NCBI GenBank assembly: GCA_030390025.1
Contig: JASTWF010000259.1
Location: 310,001 to 374,000 of the forward strand
Source: Squalus acanthias
Taxonomy: Eukaryota
Direction of reading: 5' to 3'
DNA length: 64,000 nucleotides
The notes beneath the pieces are model-generated. The model saw only the letters and a program-made list of their open reading frames with translations. It did not search any database and was not told the origin of the DNA. Shown here in pieces: positions 1 to 10,620 of this stretch (positions are counted from its first letter, which is position 1; each line of letters opens with the position of its first letter). Both the position numbers and the translations under genes were made by a program.

Positions 1-1035
1 AGAACGCTTACCCGCAGATCCGAGGCTGAATGCCCCTGGCTGCTGAAGTGTTCCCCGACTGGGAGGCAACCCTCCTGCCTGGCGATTGTTGCGCGGTGTC
101 CGTTCATACGTTGTCTCAGTGTCTGCATGGTCTCGCCGATGTACCATGCTCTGGAGCATCCTTTACTGCAACGTATCAGGTAGACAACGTTGGCCGAGTC
201 AAAAGTACCATCGTTCGCAGCAGATTACCCATCTTTCAGGAGAACAGCAACCAAGACACCACACAACCCTGCCACGGCAACCTCTGCAAGACATGCCAAA
301 TCATGGACACAGATACCATCATTACACGTGAGGACACTACCCACCAGGTACACGGTACATACTCATGTGACTCGGCCAACGTTGTCTACCTGATACGTTG
401 CAGTAAAGGATGCTCCAGAGCATGGTACATCGGCGAGACCATGCAGACACTGAGACAACGTATGAACGGACACCGCACAACAATCGCCAGGCAGGAGGGT
501 TGCCTCCCAGTTGGGGAACACTTCAGCAGCCAGGGGCATTCAGCCTCGGATCTGCGGGTAAGCGTTCTCCAAGGCGGCCTTCGAGATACACGACAGCGCA
601 AAATCATAGAGCAGAAACTGATAGCCAAGTTCCACACTCATGAGGATGGCCTCAATCGCGATATCGGGTTCATGTCACGATACAGAACGTGACTTGACAT
701 CATGGCCGGTCTTCCCAGGTGTTTTTATTTTTAAAAGACTAACACAACAACACAAATTGACAGGATATGCAGCCAGCAGGTGGTTTGACACGTTGGACCC
801 GTTGGGACACATCTCATTGTCTTGGCTGTGCTCTTTGTTGTAGGGAATAATGTGAATAGATTTTGTCTGGGTTTAAATTGTGAATTCTGGGAGATTCTCT
901 CATCGCTAACTTACCTGACGAAGGAGCGAACTGCTTCGAAAGCTTGTAAAATTAAATAAATCTGTTGGACTATAACCTGGTGTTGTGCGACTTCTCATTT
1001 TTGTCCACCCCAGTCCAACGCCGGCATCTCCACAT
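1..1035 (+). mobile_element. Penelope-like element 3' part (GIY-YIG endonuclease region and pLTR), preceded by an inverted partial copy
   Basis: ORF 30-692 contains CKTC...C.SANVVYLIRC..C..WYIGETMQTLRQRMNGHR..., typical of a PLE GIY-YIG domain. 1-201 is the reverse complement of 368-568. Hammerhead motif at 911-949. Confidence 0.85.
911..949 (+). ncRNA. minimal type I hammerhead ribozyme motif (PLE-type)
   Basis: ttac-CTGACGA-a-ggagc gaact gcttc-GAAA-gct-t-gtaa: conserved core, stem I ttac/gtaa, stem II and palindromic AAGCTT stem III. Confidence 0.7.
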
Positions 1036-1779
1036 ATATATATGGATATATAATATATATATTACATCTCTGTATGAGTGTATGTCAAATATTTGTACAT
1101 ATCGATCTCTCTATTTCTCCCTTTATCTATATCGCTACCTATCCACCCACCATTCCTACTTACAGATGACTGTGAGGAGAAAGCTCAGTATAAAACCCAC
1201 CTCACCACCCAATCCTCTATTTCTTTTACCTGTAATAAGTGTTCATGTTAAAAGGAAAGACGCCATTGGTTTGGTGCACGACCCGATCTTTATTCACTCA
1301 AAATGCTAAACTTTGACTTTCTTGTGGATCAATCTTCAGATAAACAGTTACAAAAACAGAAAAGATGGCGACACGTCCCATTTGAAACTGAACAGTAATT
1401 GCTTGTGGTGAAACTTTTATTCCAGTCTCGTTTCATTCTGTCTCTGACTATAAGCTACTTTATCCCCGAACCACTCTAGCCCAGTATTGGGAAGGCCCGC
1501 GATATGGCCTCTTCTATCATGTTGTTAGACTGTAAGTAGAATTGCAATGATCAACTCTCTGTAAAACCCTCACCCATTTAATGGTTTAAAAACTTCGCCC
1601 ATATCTAGCGAGAGTCTCCCAGTAACTCCTTCATCACCTTACACGGGATACACTAAAGTAGCTTGTTTGATATATAATCCTTCTCTCAACTCTAGTTTCC
1701 AACCTCTATTTTCCGCTCTTGCTTACTTGCCTCTTTTTCACGTGTGGTTTGGTGCCAGTTTGTCTTGGTTGCTTTGATT

Positions 1780-2022
1780 CTCCACTCTGAGTCAGGAGCT
1801 CATGGATTCGAGCCCAACTCCAGAGACCTGAGCACAGAATCTAGGCCGATTTCCCAGCGACAGTACAGCGGGAGTGCTGCACTGTCAGAGGTGCCGTCTT
1901 TCTGATGAGGCATGAAACCGAGGCCGCGTCTGCCTGTTCAGGTGAAGGTTAAAGGTCTCACGGTCATTACTGGAGAAGAGCAGAGGAGTTCTCTCCGGTG
2001 TCCTGGGACCAACCTTCCTCCT
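1780..2022 (+). mobile_element. DeuSINE-family (SacSINE1/AmnSINE1-like) SINE, 3'-truncated
   Basis: tRNA-like head followed by gggagtgctgcactgtc.gaggtgccgtcttt..gatgag...aaaccgaggcc core, recognised from memory. It abuts the truncated 5' end of the V pseudogene. Confidence 0.7.
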
Positions 2023-2026
2023 TCAT

Positions 2027-2235
2027 CTAATCACCTGCCCTTTCTCTGGTGGCTTTTGGGATTATAATTTCCAAAATGGGTATTTCTTCAGACAAACCCA
2101 GACCGGGACAGAGTGGGTGGATCTCGAGCGGAGGGCCATTTGTTGAGTCGATGAACTTCGCAGAAACGAGGATTTTCCGGGAAATTCGGGATGTGCGAGT
2201 TGAAGACTGTAAAGCTGAGTGCCGGTACTGCACCA
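2027..2235 (+). pseudogene. VNAR-type (IgNAR/NAR-TCR-like) variable segment pseudogene
   Basis: Frame A gives LITCPFSGGFWDYNFQNGYFFRQTQTGTEWV (Cys at 2036). After a frameshift at ~2120, frame B gives ISSGGPFVESMNFAETRIFREIRDVRVED-CKAECRYCT. This matches the VNAR pattern ISxGGRxVEsvN...IRDlRVED..YxCKA with no CDR2. The xATYY motif is deleted, leader and FR1 are missing, and an RSS follows directly. Confidence 0.8.
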
Positions 2236-2273
2236 CACAGTGATGGGCCTCGGCTTCCCGCGATACAAACACT
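2236..2273 (+). other. recombination signal sequence, 23-type (22-nt spacer), of the VNAR-type V
   Basis: CACAGTG (2236-2242) + 22 nt + ACAAACACT (2265-2273). Confidence 0.85.
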
Positions 2274-2455
2274 CTCACTGCAGATTGTCACAGAAATAAG
2301 TGAAGAAGCGGAGTTAATCTGCCGTTAAACCCACAGTTCCGCCTCGCACCGTTTGCCCCACAGTCTAGTTTATAATCAGATTGGATTATTGCAGTTAACA
2401 CCTTGAGTTTTGTAAATGTCGAGTGTGTGCGGATGGTGTCGTCTTTCCTGGGATT

Positions 2456-2750
2456 CTTAGAATCATAGAAATTTACGGCACAGAAGGAGGCCATTCGGCC
2501 CATCGTGACTGTGCCGGCCGAAATGAGCTCTCCAGCCTAATCCCACTTTCCAGCTGTTGTTCCGTAGCCCTGTAGGTTAGCGCACTTCAAATGCATATCC
2601 AAGTACATTTTAAATGTGATGGGGGTTTCTGCCTCTACCACCCTTACAGGCAGTGAGTTCCAGACCCCCATCACCCTCTGGGTGAAAACAGTTCTGCTCA
2701 ATTCCCCTGTAATCCTTCTACCAATTACTTTAAATCTATGGCCCCTGGTG
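2456..2750 (-). mobile_element. CR1 LINE 3' end fragment
   Basis: tagaatcatagaa tail, gaggccattcggccc 3'UTR and caccctctgggtgaaaa ORF2 end, shared with other copies in the window. Confidence 0.75.
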
Positions 2751-3348
2751 TTGTTTTAAACAATCTTCTGTTGTTCAGGTGAGTAGTAAAGAATTCAGTC
2801 TTATGGTTACAATCACTTTATTTTTTCTACTTTAACATAAAAGGCAATCTAAAAGCGGAGTGTAATTCCTTCAGAGGATAAGGCAGTTTACAAGTGGAGT
2901 TCTGTCAGCAGTTCCGAGTGTCGCCCTGCACTCCAGGAGGTTTCTCTCTCTTTTCTCTCTCTAATGATGCCAATCACCTTTTTTCGCTCTATATTGAATG
3001 AACTAAACATGAACACCTTTCAGAAGCTGAATTAGCCGAGTTTCATCCGCCAAAAAGCCCTACTTTTTTCCGATAGGTTACCTCTGAGCAAAGTGTTTTA
3101 TACCCCTCTTTGTCTCCTGGCTTCATCTTCGGGCCCTTGCTATCTCCTTACCTTTCCTTATATGTTCTATGCCCCTTATCAATTCCCTCACACGACGTAA
3201 TGGTTTGGTGTCAATGAATGGCGATTGGGAATGACTGACCCCAGTTACAAGTCCCCAACACCTGATGGGATCCTGTTCTAACAGCTGGAACCGGGAACCG
3301 CGGTCCCCGCCGTGTAACTAATGTCCCCCCATCTCACCGAGTCCCGGG

Positions 3349-3376
3349 GGATTTGATGCTGACTTGAAACACTGTG
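3349..3376 (+). other. degenerate 12-RSS 5' of the J-like segment
   Basis: GGATTTGAT (6/9 match to GGTTTTTGT) + 12 nt + perfect CACTGTG (3370-3376). Confidence 0.6.
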
Positions 3377-3436
3377 TTTACTGGGGTTATTGTGATTCTG
3401 TGGATGGATCCGGGACGGTAGTGACTGTCACAGCAG
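3377..3436 (+). pseudogene. NAR-type J segment, possibly D-J fused (YWGYCDSVDGSGTVVTVTA)
   Basis: Open 60-nt segment with a GxGT motif lacking the W/F, as in NAR J (D-G-S-G-T-V-V-T-V). Ends in a phase-1 donor G|GTAAGT. Called a pseudogene only because its partner V is broken. Confidence 0.75.
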
Positions 3437-3936
3437 GTAAGTGACTCCAAACCCCGTCGTGTCACAGACTGTCCCGGTTAATGTTCATCGTCAGTTTATT
3501 GTTGTGATCAGTATCACCTCAATCCCCTTCAAATTAAAACAGAGCGGTTTTCTTAGGGTGGTTTCATTGCAGTTTTAGATTGGGGAGCAGAATAACAACC
3601 GGGGTCGAGTCCGGAGAGAGGTAGTGTGAGACCCCACACGGAGCAGGCAGTCTGGGGGGTTTTACCCCATCTGGAGCATCATTGGTTTAACGGGGACCTC
3701 GGGGGATCCAATGAATATCCCGGAGTCTCACTCTGATCCCCAGTTGGTTTAAATGAGCGCCGATTGTCGACACTTCGGCCTCCGCTCTCGGTGTTAACCG
3801 TGACTGAGGGAGCTCTGCCTGTCCCTGTGAGCAGGACAGGGGGTCACAGAGCTCCGTCCTTGGCAGGAGATTCCAGTCCGAGCCGGGCAGTAGCAATGAG
3901 GTACCGGGAGATTGAACCCAACACTACAGCGGACCT

Positions 3937-4200
3937 TATACAAAAGCAAAATACTGCGGATGCTGGAAATCTGAAAAAAAACAGAAAATGCTGGAAATGC
4001 TCAGCAGGTCCGGCAGCATCTGTGGAGAGAGAAACAGAGTTAACGTTTCAGGTCGATGACCTTTCGTCAGAACTGGAAAAAGCTGGAGATGGAACAGGCA
4101 GGGAAAGGGGGGAGGGGAGGAAAGAACAAAAGGGAAGGTCTGTGATAGGATGGAAGGCAGGAGAGATTAAGAGAGGAAAGGGATGATGGTAATGGGACAA
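3937..4200 (-). mobile_element. Penelope-like pLTR fragment (second family)
   Basis: aaaatactgcggatgctggaaatctg... terminus, purine-rich body and a hammerhead motif on the minus strand. Confidence 0.6.
4038..4074 (-). ncRNA. minimal type I hammerhead ribozyme motif
   Basis: Minus strand reads agtt-CTGACGA-a-aggtc atc gacct-GAAA-cgt-t-aact. Confidence 0.7.
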
Positions 4201-4211
4201 GTTCACTGCCT

Positions 4212-4952
4212 TCCGATTCCTGCAGCGGCCCGTCCGGTTCCTGCAGCCCGATACCTACAGCGGCCGGTCCGATACCTGCAGCCCGACACCTACAGCGGCC
4301 CTTCCGATTCCTGCAGCCCGATACCTGCAGCGGCCCGTCCGATACCTACAGCGGCCGGTCGGATACCTACAGCAACCCGTCCGATACCTACAGCGGCCGG
4401 TCCGATACCTGCAGCCCGATACCTGCAGCGGCCCGTCCGATACCTGCAGCCCGATACCTGCAGCGGCCCGTCCGATACCGACAGCGTCCCGTCTGATACC
4501 TACAGCGGCCGGTCGGATACCTGCAGCGGCCCGTCCGATACCGACAGCGGCCGGTCCGATACCGACAGCGGCCGGTCCGATACCGACAGCGGCCGGTCCG
4601 ATACCGACAGCGGCCGGTCCGATACCGACAGCGGCCGGTCCGATACCTACAGCGGCCAGTCCGATTCCTGCAGCGGCCCGTCCGATACCGACAGCGGCCC
4701 GTCCGATACCGACAGCGGCCCGTCCGATACCGACAGCGGCCGGTCCGATTCCTGCAGCGGCCCGTCCGATACCTGCAGCAGCCCGTCCGATACCTACAGC
4801 GGCCCGTCCGATACCCGCAGCGGCCCGTCCGATACCTACAGCAGCCCGTCCGATACCTGCAGCCCGATACCTACAGCAGCCGGTCCGATACCTGCAGCCC
4901 GATACCTGCAGCGTCCCGTCCGATACCTGCAGCGGCCCGTCCGATACCTGAA
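4212..4952. repeat. GC/CpG-rich minisatellite, 21-bp unit (cagcggcccgtccgatacctg) with 13-bp variants
   Basis: Direct tandem repeats that explain the SGPSDTD-repeat ORFs. Confidence 0.95.
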
Positions 4953-5186
4953 GCGGCAGAAAAACTGGAGCACAACATGGCGGGGCTTCAGATACAAGAG
5001 TTCCGCCTGTAGGTCTAGATGGCATTTCATTATTGGGCACTCAGTGACTGAAATTAATTGTATTGTATCTGACATTTATTCCAATTGCCTTTGTACAAAC
5101 ATTTTTCACCATGTTTCTCGTCTAAGTCGAAGTATAAAAGTTTTGCACTAAAAACACTTCTATATTTTTATATTGTTAGATATTTC

Positions 5187-5465
5187 CTAATAAATCAATA
5201 GTGAATTCAGGAGGAACTTCTTTACCCAGAGAGTGGTCAGAATATGGAACTCGCTACCACAAGGAGCAGTTGAACCGAATAACATCGATACATTTAAGGG
5301 GAATCTAGATAAGTAGGTGAGGGAGAAAGGAATAGAAGGATATGTTGATGGAGTGAGATGGACTAGGGGTGGGAGGAGGCTCGTGTGGAGCAGTAATACC
5401 GGCATGGACCGATTGGGCCCAATGGCCTGTTTCTGTGCTCTGCATTCTGTGTGATGCTGTGTAAT
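5187..5465 (+). mobile_element. CR1 LINE 3' end fragment
   Basis: aacttctttacccagagagtgg (NFFTQRV) followed by 3'UTR. Confidence 0.75.
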
Positions 5466-6214
5466 ATTTAATGTTCATGTTTGAGAGATCGGATTGCAGT
5501 AATTTATCTGTATCCCTGGTTACTGTTAACTGAAACAACACTGGGCAGTGAGCGAGTGAGGGCGAGGTTCTAATGTTCCTATAAAGGAGAGCAGGAACAC
5601 CCGAGGGAACAAGTACAGACTGGAGGGAAGCCCATTTAGAACCAGCAAGAAATCATTCACCGAAAGGGAGAGAAATATCGGACTTCACCGGCCGGGCGGG
5701 GGTGTGGAGACACCGGTCTCTGGGCCGTTCAAAGCACAATCCGACACCGGGGCAGTGAGATTTACTGGAGGGACGGGCTGCGATTGGGAACCGGCCCTTT
5801 TCTCAGCTTTGGATTTCTTACACTCCTGAGAAAAGACAGCAGCAGCAATCCACACATTTCTGGAAAGATAGAACAGGCGGGGTTCTTTTGTTTGGAAAAG
5901 AGAAGAAAACGAGGAGACCTGATGGAGGTGATTAAAATTAGGCTGTAACTATTTGTAACACCAATGTTCTGATTGGTCCCCTTGGAGGACAAGACCAGAT
6001 TTCTGATTGGGCCCTTTGGCGGACAAGACACGCCCAGCAGTTTGTCTGGAATGTGTAATTAGATCCCGCCTGCCTGAGTAATCAAGATCTTTGCAATGTG
6101 TAATTTGATTCATTCATTGACAGCCAGGCTACAGAGCTCACAGGGCCAACATTACTGCTTTCAGAGAACAGACAAGACTCACCCTCCCGGGTTAGGAGAA
6201 CTCACACTGCCGAC

Positions 6215-6510
6215 TTAGATAGGAAGGAGTGAGGCCATGCAGGGATTTCAACATGAGGATGAGAATTTTAAAATCAAAGTGTTGGTGGACAATATTCCAC
6301 CTAATTATTTTTGTGGGGGGTGGGGGGTGTATGCGGTCCCTTTAACGGGCTGTGCCGGACCTCCAGACAGCTGCGTGGCCGCACAGGGGCGCTGGGTGAA
6401 TGGGACTTGCTCCGTGTTAGGATACAAGCAGCAGAGTTTTGGATGAGTTCAAGTTCATTGCGGGTGGAATATGGGAGACTGCCCAGGAGAACATTGGAAT
6501 AATTGAGTCC
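6215..6510 (-). mobile_element. L2-type LINE fragment
   Basis: LNYSNVLLGSLP...LELIQNSAACILTRSK is the L2 ORF2 C-terminal motif. A related copy lies at ~34320-34620. Confidence 0.65.
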
Positions 6511-6556
6511 GGCATATAACACATAAATATAATGTTATGCAAGTTCCAGACCTTAA

Positions 6557-6975
6557 CACGGTGGCATAGTGGTTAGCACTGCTGCCTCACAGCGCCAGAG
6601 ACCCGGGTTCGAATCTGACCTCGGGTGACTGTCTGTGTGGAGTTTGCACATTCTCCCCGTGTCTGCGTGGGTTTCCTCCGGGTGCTCCGGTTTCCTCCCA
6701 CAATCCAAAAATGTGCGGGTTAGGTTGATTTGGCTATGATAAATTGACCCTTAGTGTTAAGGGGGGATTAAATATGTGGGGTTATGGGGATAGGATGGGA
6801 TATGTTAGGGGGAATTAAATACGTGGGGTTACGGGGGTAGGGTGGGATATGTGTACTGTGGGGATTAAAGCAAGGACAGGGTACTGGATTTGGATGATCA
6901 GCCATGATCGTATTGAATGGTGGAGCAGGCTCGATGGGCCGAATGGCCTACTCCTGCTTCTAGATTCTATGTTTC
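6557..6975 (+). mobile_element. V-SINE (HE1-like) with tRNA-derived head and CR1-like tail
   Basis: A/B boxes (ggtggcatagtggttagc...gggttcgaatc) and V-domain tggagtttgcacattctccccgtgtctgcgtgggtttcctccggg. Confidence 0.8.
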
Positions 6976-7532
6976 TTTTCTCCCCGAGTTTCTGACCTTC
7001 TCCCCCCTCCGAACCCCTCCCTCTCCCCTCGATCCCCTCTCTCCTCTCCCCCCGATCCCCTATCTCCTCTCCCCAGATCCCCGCTTCGATCCCCTCTCTT
7101 CTCTGACATTGCGATCTGACTGGGATTACAAACTCCTGTTAGGTGCCAATTATGGCTGCATGAGATAGTAAGGCTGGAAAAACAGCACCGCCGAAGGTCC
7201 GCTTTGATTCATTATTCTCTTGTTCTTTCGAGCCCTAGTTACAGAGGGACAGTATTTGGGGTAAACGCACGGATGTCCAGCATTCAACCAAGGATGGCAG
7301 TCAAAATTTTCGCCTCCCAATATCATTATCCTCTGCAAGTGTTCGGGTCCACCGCCACCCCTGGCCCGTAAATCCCGCCCACTCGTTGCGCCATCGGCAA
7401 TTAGAACCAAATTCGAGCGCTCCCCAAGACTACCCCTTTGATTCCCTCTCCCCCGCGCCCCCCCCCCCCCACCCCCCACCACCGCTTCGTTCCCCTGCTA
7501 CAAATACTTGAACATGGTGGGGATTACAGACA

Positions 7533-7574
7533 CACAGTGATACAGAGCACAGGGAGAGAAGGTGTACAAATATT
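7533..7574 (+). other. orphan V-type RSS-like element with over-long (26-nt) spacer
   Basis: CACAGTG atacagagcacagggagagaaggtgt ACAAATATT. Confidence 0.45.
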
Positions 7575-8338
7575 CTGCACGGATGTATTCTCAATTCATC
7601 TTAGAATTTTAACGCACAGAAACAAGTGATAAGCCCATCAAGTCTGCACTTTCCTTCCCGCTCTTCACACAATTTAATAGTTATCTCTTTCCAGCCCCCT
7701 ATCCAATTACCCTGTTAAAATAATTCCTGCAGATATTCCACATTTTCCCCTCATTCAATGGAAAGAATTGTTTTTTTCACCATATAAATGAATCTTTTGC
7801 CGAGTCATATTTCACACTAGGGGTTATATTTATTGTCCGCCTGTTTCCACAAGGACCAGTAGAGTTTCTTCTTTCCTTTTCTTTGGTTCAATCCGTCTTA
7901 CACCGATTGGGCTGATGAGTGGTCTCCACCTCCTGGGATTTCACGGATTCGGTGTCCAATCTGCTCAGAGATTCTCTCCGCTCAGCAGAGCACCCGCAGT
8001 CTGTCCGGACCAACAACCCGGCCAGCTCTCGGCTGAAGGAGGATGGGTTTGGATTCAGTGAGTTAATGACTCGGCCATGGAGGGCTACGGCTCCCACAAT
8101 TCACAGCGGCAGTGAACAGGCCCATTGTGACACAGGCCGTGCTGCACTCTGGGAGAACTGTCCACACATGCGCAGCTCACCAACCGCTTTAATGGCAACG
8201 TTTTTGTTCTCTCGCGCGCCAAACTTTCAATTTTATCGATTAAGATCAAACGGTTATTTTGATGGAAAATGAAATACATTTTATTTTCAATCGAGCCGTT
8301 TTACTTAAATAAACAGCAGACATGCGCAGCGTTTCAAC

Positions 8339-8520
8339 GTCACACCAATATGGTCGACTGGACGTCACACAACACGGCCGACTGCTCGTCAAACCAACAT
8401 GGTCCATGATGGTCACATCAACATGGCCGATTGTATGTCACACAAACATGGTCCACGATCGTCACACCAACATTGCCCTGCAGTTGATGACGCCACAATC
8501 CATCAGCACGTCACAGCAAC
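8339..8520. repeat. degenerate ~24-25 bp tandem repeat (gtcacaccaacatggtc...)
   Basis: About 7 units starting gtcaca/gtcaaa, several containing caacatgg. Confidence 0.75.
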
Positions 8521-9644
8521 TTTATTGGCTGTTTCCCCCATTGATTCAGGGTCAGGAGATCACCGGCCGTCTCCAGCTTCCGCTCAGAGCTAAATAGCCC
8601 CAGTTTGCTGCCCCTGTGACCCGTGACTCAGTCCTCTGACCCGGATTGTGGGTGGGCGGGGGTGCGGCAGCACGGAGCCTCTTAAACGGGCCCTGCAGTC
8701 CATGAGAATCACCGAGCCCGGAGTCAGTGAGAGCCTGGGAACAGGGCAGAGAGACGAGGGTGATATAAGAGGAGATGGCGGCCCCGGATAGGGGAGTGGT
8801 GAGAGATTGTAGTAGAGACTGAGTTTAAACACCAACTCCATACATTCCCAATCTCCCTTCTTCCCTCTCTTAACCCGATGTCATATTCAACTACAGGAGA
8901 CCTCACGCCTGAATTGCAGGAGTTTCTAGGAAAAACAAAACCACATAGAAGGAAAATGCTGGAAGATACTCGGGCCTGGCCAGAAACCTCTGGAGATGTT
9001 CAGGTGGCACGGAGACACCGAACTAATCTGATGAGACGGTGAAGGATGTGGAGAGAAAGTTCAAGGAAACAGGGAGCAAAGATCTGAAGGTCACTGCTGA
9101 TCTCTGGTGGTGTTCAGTGAGTTCAGGGAGATGGTATAAGAGGGAATGGAGCAGAGCAGGGAGAAATGTTGTCAGGAAAACAGGAGACAGAGGGCCAGGG
9201 TTAATGGGTGTAGCTGAGATTGGAAAAGGCTTGGAAGTGGTTACCCCAGTGCAGGACCTACTTTTCTCCTTGGCCTGTGTGAACCATTTGAACTCGGGTC
9301 TCCTTTAAAGCGGCTAATTCAAAACAAAAATACATCCCACTGGTGCCCACCCGAGAGGAGGGCTCCACTCGCACACCTGGCCTGAACAAATCTAAAATTA
9401 TATTCCATTAGAATTGGATTGTATCACAACCTTTATCTAATTGTACCCACCGGGCGCAGAAGTCTCCAAATGTGTCTGTGGACATCGCGAGATCCCTCAT
9501 CTCCTCTCCCTCAAATACTGTCTAAAAGCTGGAGAACGTGTGTGTATAACAGAACAGGAGGAAAGAGGCTGTGTGTCAGATAGGCCCCAGGTTCTGGGAA
9601 TCATCCCCAGGGTTTGTGCTCCCTGGTGAGTCTGTGTCAGATAT

Positions 9645-9772
9645 CTAGCCCGTGTTGTACCTGCCTTGGGAATGTTTGATGGGACAGTGTAGAGGGAGCT
9701 TTGCTCTATCTAACCCGTGCTGTACCTGCCCCGGGAGTGTTTGATGGGACAGTTCAAAGGGAGTTTTACTCT
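9645..9772 (-). repeat. two units of the 67-bp satellite
   Basis: Reverse complement of the unit seen at 22765-23410. Confidence 0.85.
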
Positions 9773-10149
9773 GCCATGTGTTGTTCTCTATCAGGCTGTG
9801 ATGGAGCAGAGCATACAGCAGTGCTTGTTAATAGAACCTGGCATGTGACTGTGACAGAGCATAATATTGGAAGAGACTGCGAGGTGAGCCTGGTCGTTGT
9901 GCAGTCATTCCGCCTCTGGGTCTTGACATGAAAAGGCAGGGGTAAAGGTGTCGTTACTCTGATGGAACACTGGGTGGCGCAGTAGCTGCTTATCCGAAGG
10001 GACTTGGGTTCAAACACAACCCAGACAGGACGGGTGAAAAATACTGTCAGGGAAATAAAGCAAAGTGTGATAGGGAAAATGGAGCGGTGTGGAGGGGCCT
10101 TGGCGGAAGGAATTCAGCAAAGTCCAAGTAGTCCATTTGTCATTCCAGA

Positions 10150-10155
10150 TTTATT
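10150..10155 (-). terminator. candidate polyadenylation signal for membrane IgM
   Basis: AATAAA on the minus strand ~460 nt after the TM2 stop. Confidence 0.55.
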
Positions 10156-10611
10156 AACAATTTTACAGAGAACAATTTACAGAGAAGTTTTTAAAAAGTG
10201 AACACAAAGTGAATATAAAAACTGAGCGTCACATTGAGACCTGAACACAGGCGGTCTGAGCTGCCAGTTATCTGTACAACTGTAACAGACACCAGGGAGA
10301 GAAAACAGGGGCTCAGCATAAAGGGAAGGGAACAATTGTCAATTACGAATGAGAAAAGTGACTTATTTACACATGAAATATTCAAACAACGGTGAAACTC
10401 TGAGATACATTTCCATTATAGCCACGATGATCTCACACATTTCAAACAGAGAGACGGAAATCCCGGTTCTGATTTTCTCAGCTACAGATTCGGATCTATT
10501 AACTGAAGGCATTTGACTCTGAGAATCACCAAGATGATATATTTTATTTTCATGACACAGAGATGTTAATAAACAGATGAGGAAAATCCACGGCGTCCGA
10601 AATTCAACCGT

Positions 10612-10620
10612 TCACTTGAC
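10612..10620 (-). CDS. IGHM: IgM TM2 exon (VK-stop)
   Basis: ttttacag|GTC AAG TGA completes the KVK cytoplasmic tail. Confidence 0.93.
   Translation of the reverse strand, partial: VK

Noticed and set aside
1504-1537. Possible leader exon for the VNAR-type V (MASSIMLLD T|GTAAGT)
   Set aside because: Only 9 codons and weakly hydrophobic; the matching acceptor is lost, so it cannot be distinguished from chance
4183-5151. 322-aa and 261-aa repetitive ORFs (SGPSDTD / AAVGIG)
   Set aside because: Translations of the 21-bp minisatellite, open on both strands, with no gene structure
6557-6630. tRNA gene
   Set aside because: tRNA-derived head of a V-SINE that continues into the SINE body
3443-10100. 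Constant-region exons (IgNAR C or TCRdelta C) for the plus-strand cassette
   Set aside because: No C1-set exon found by eye or in the ORF track on the plus strand
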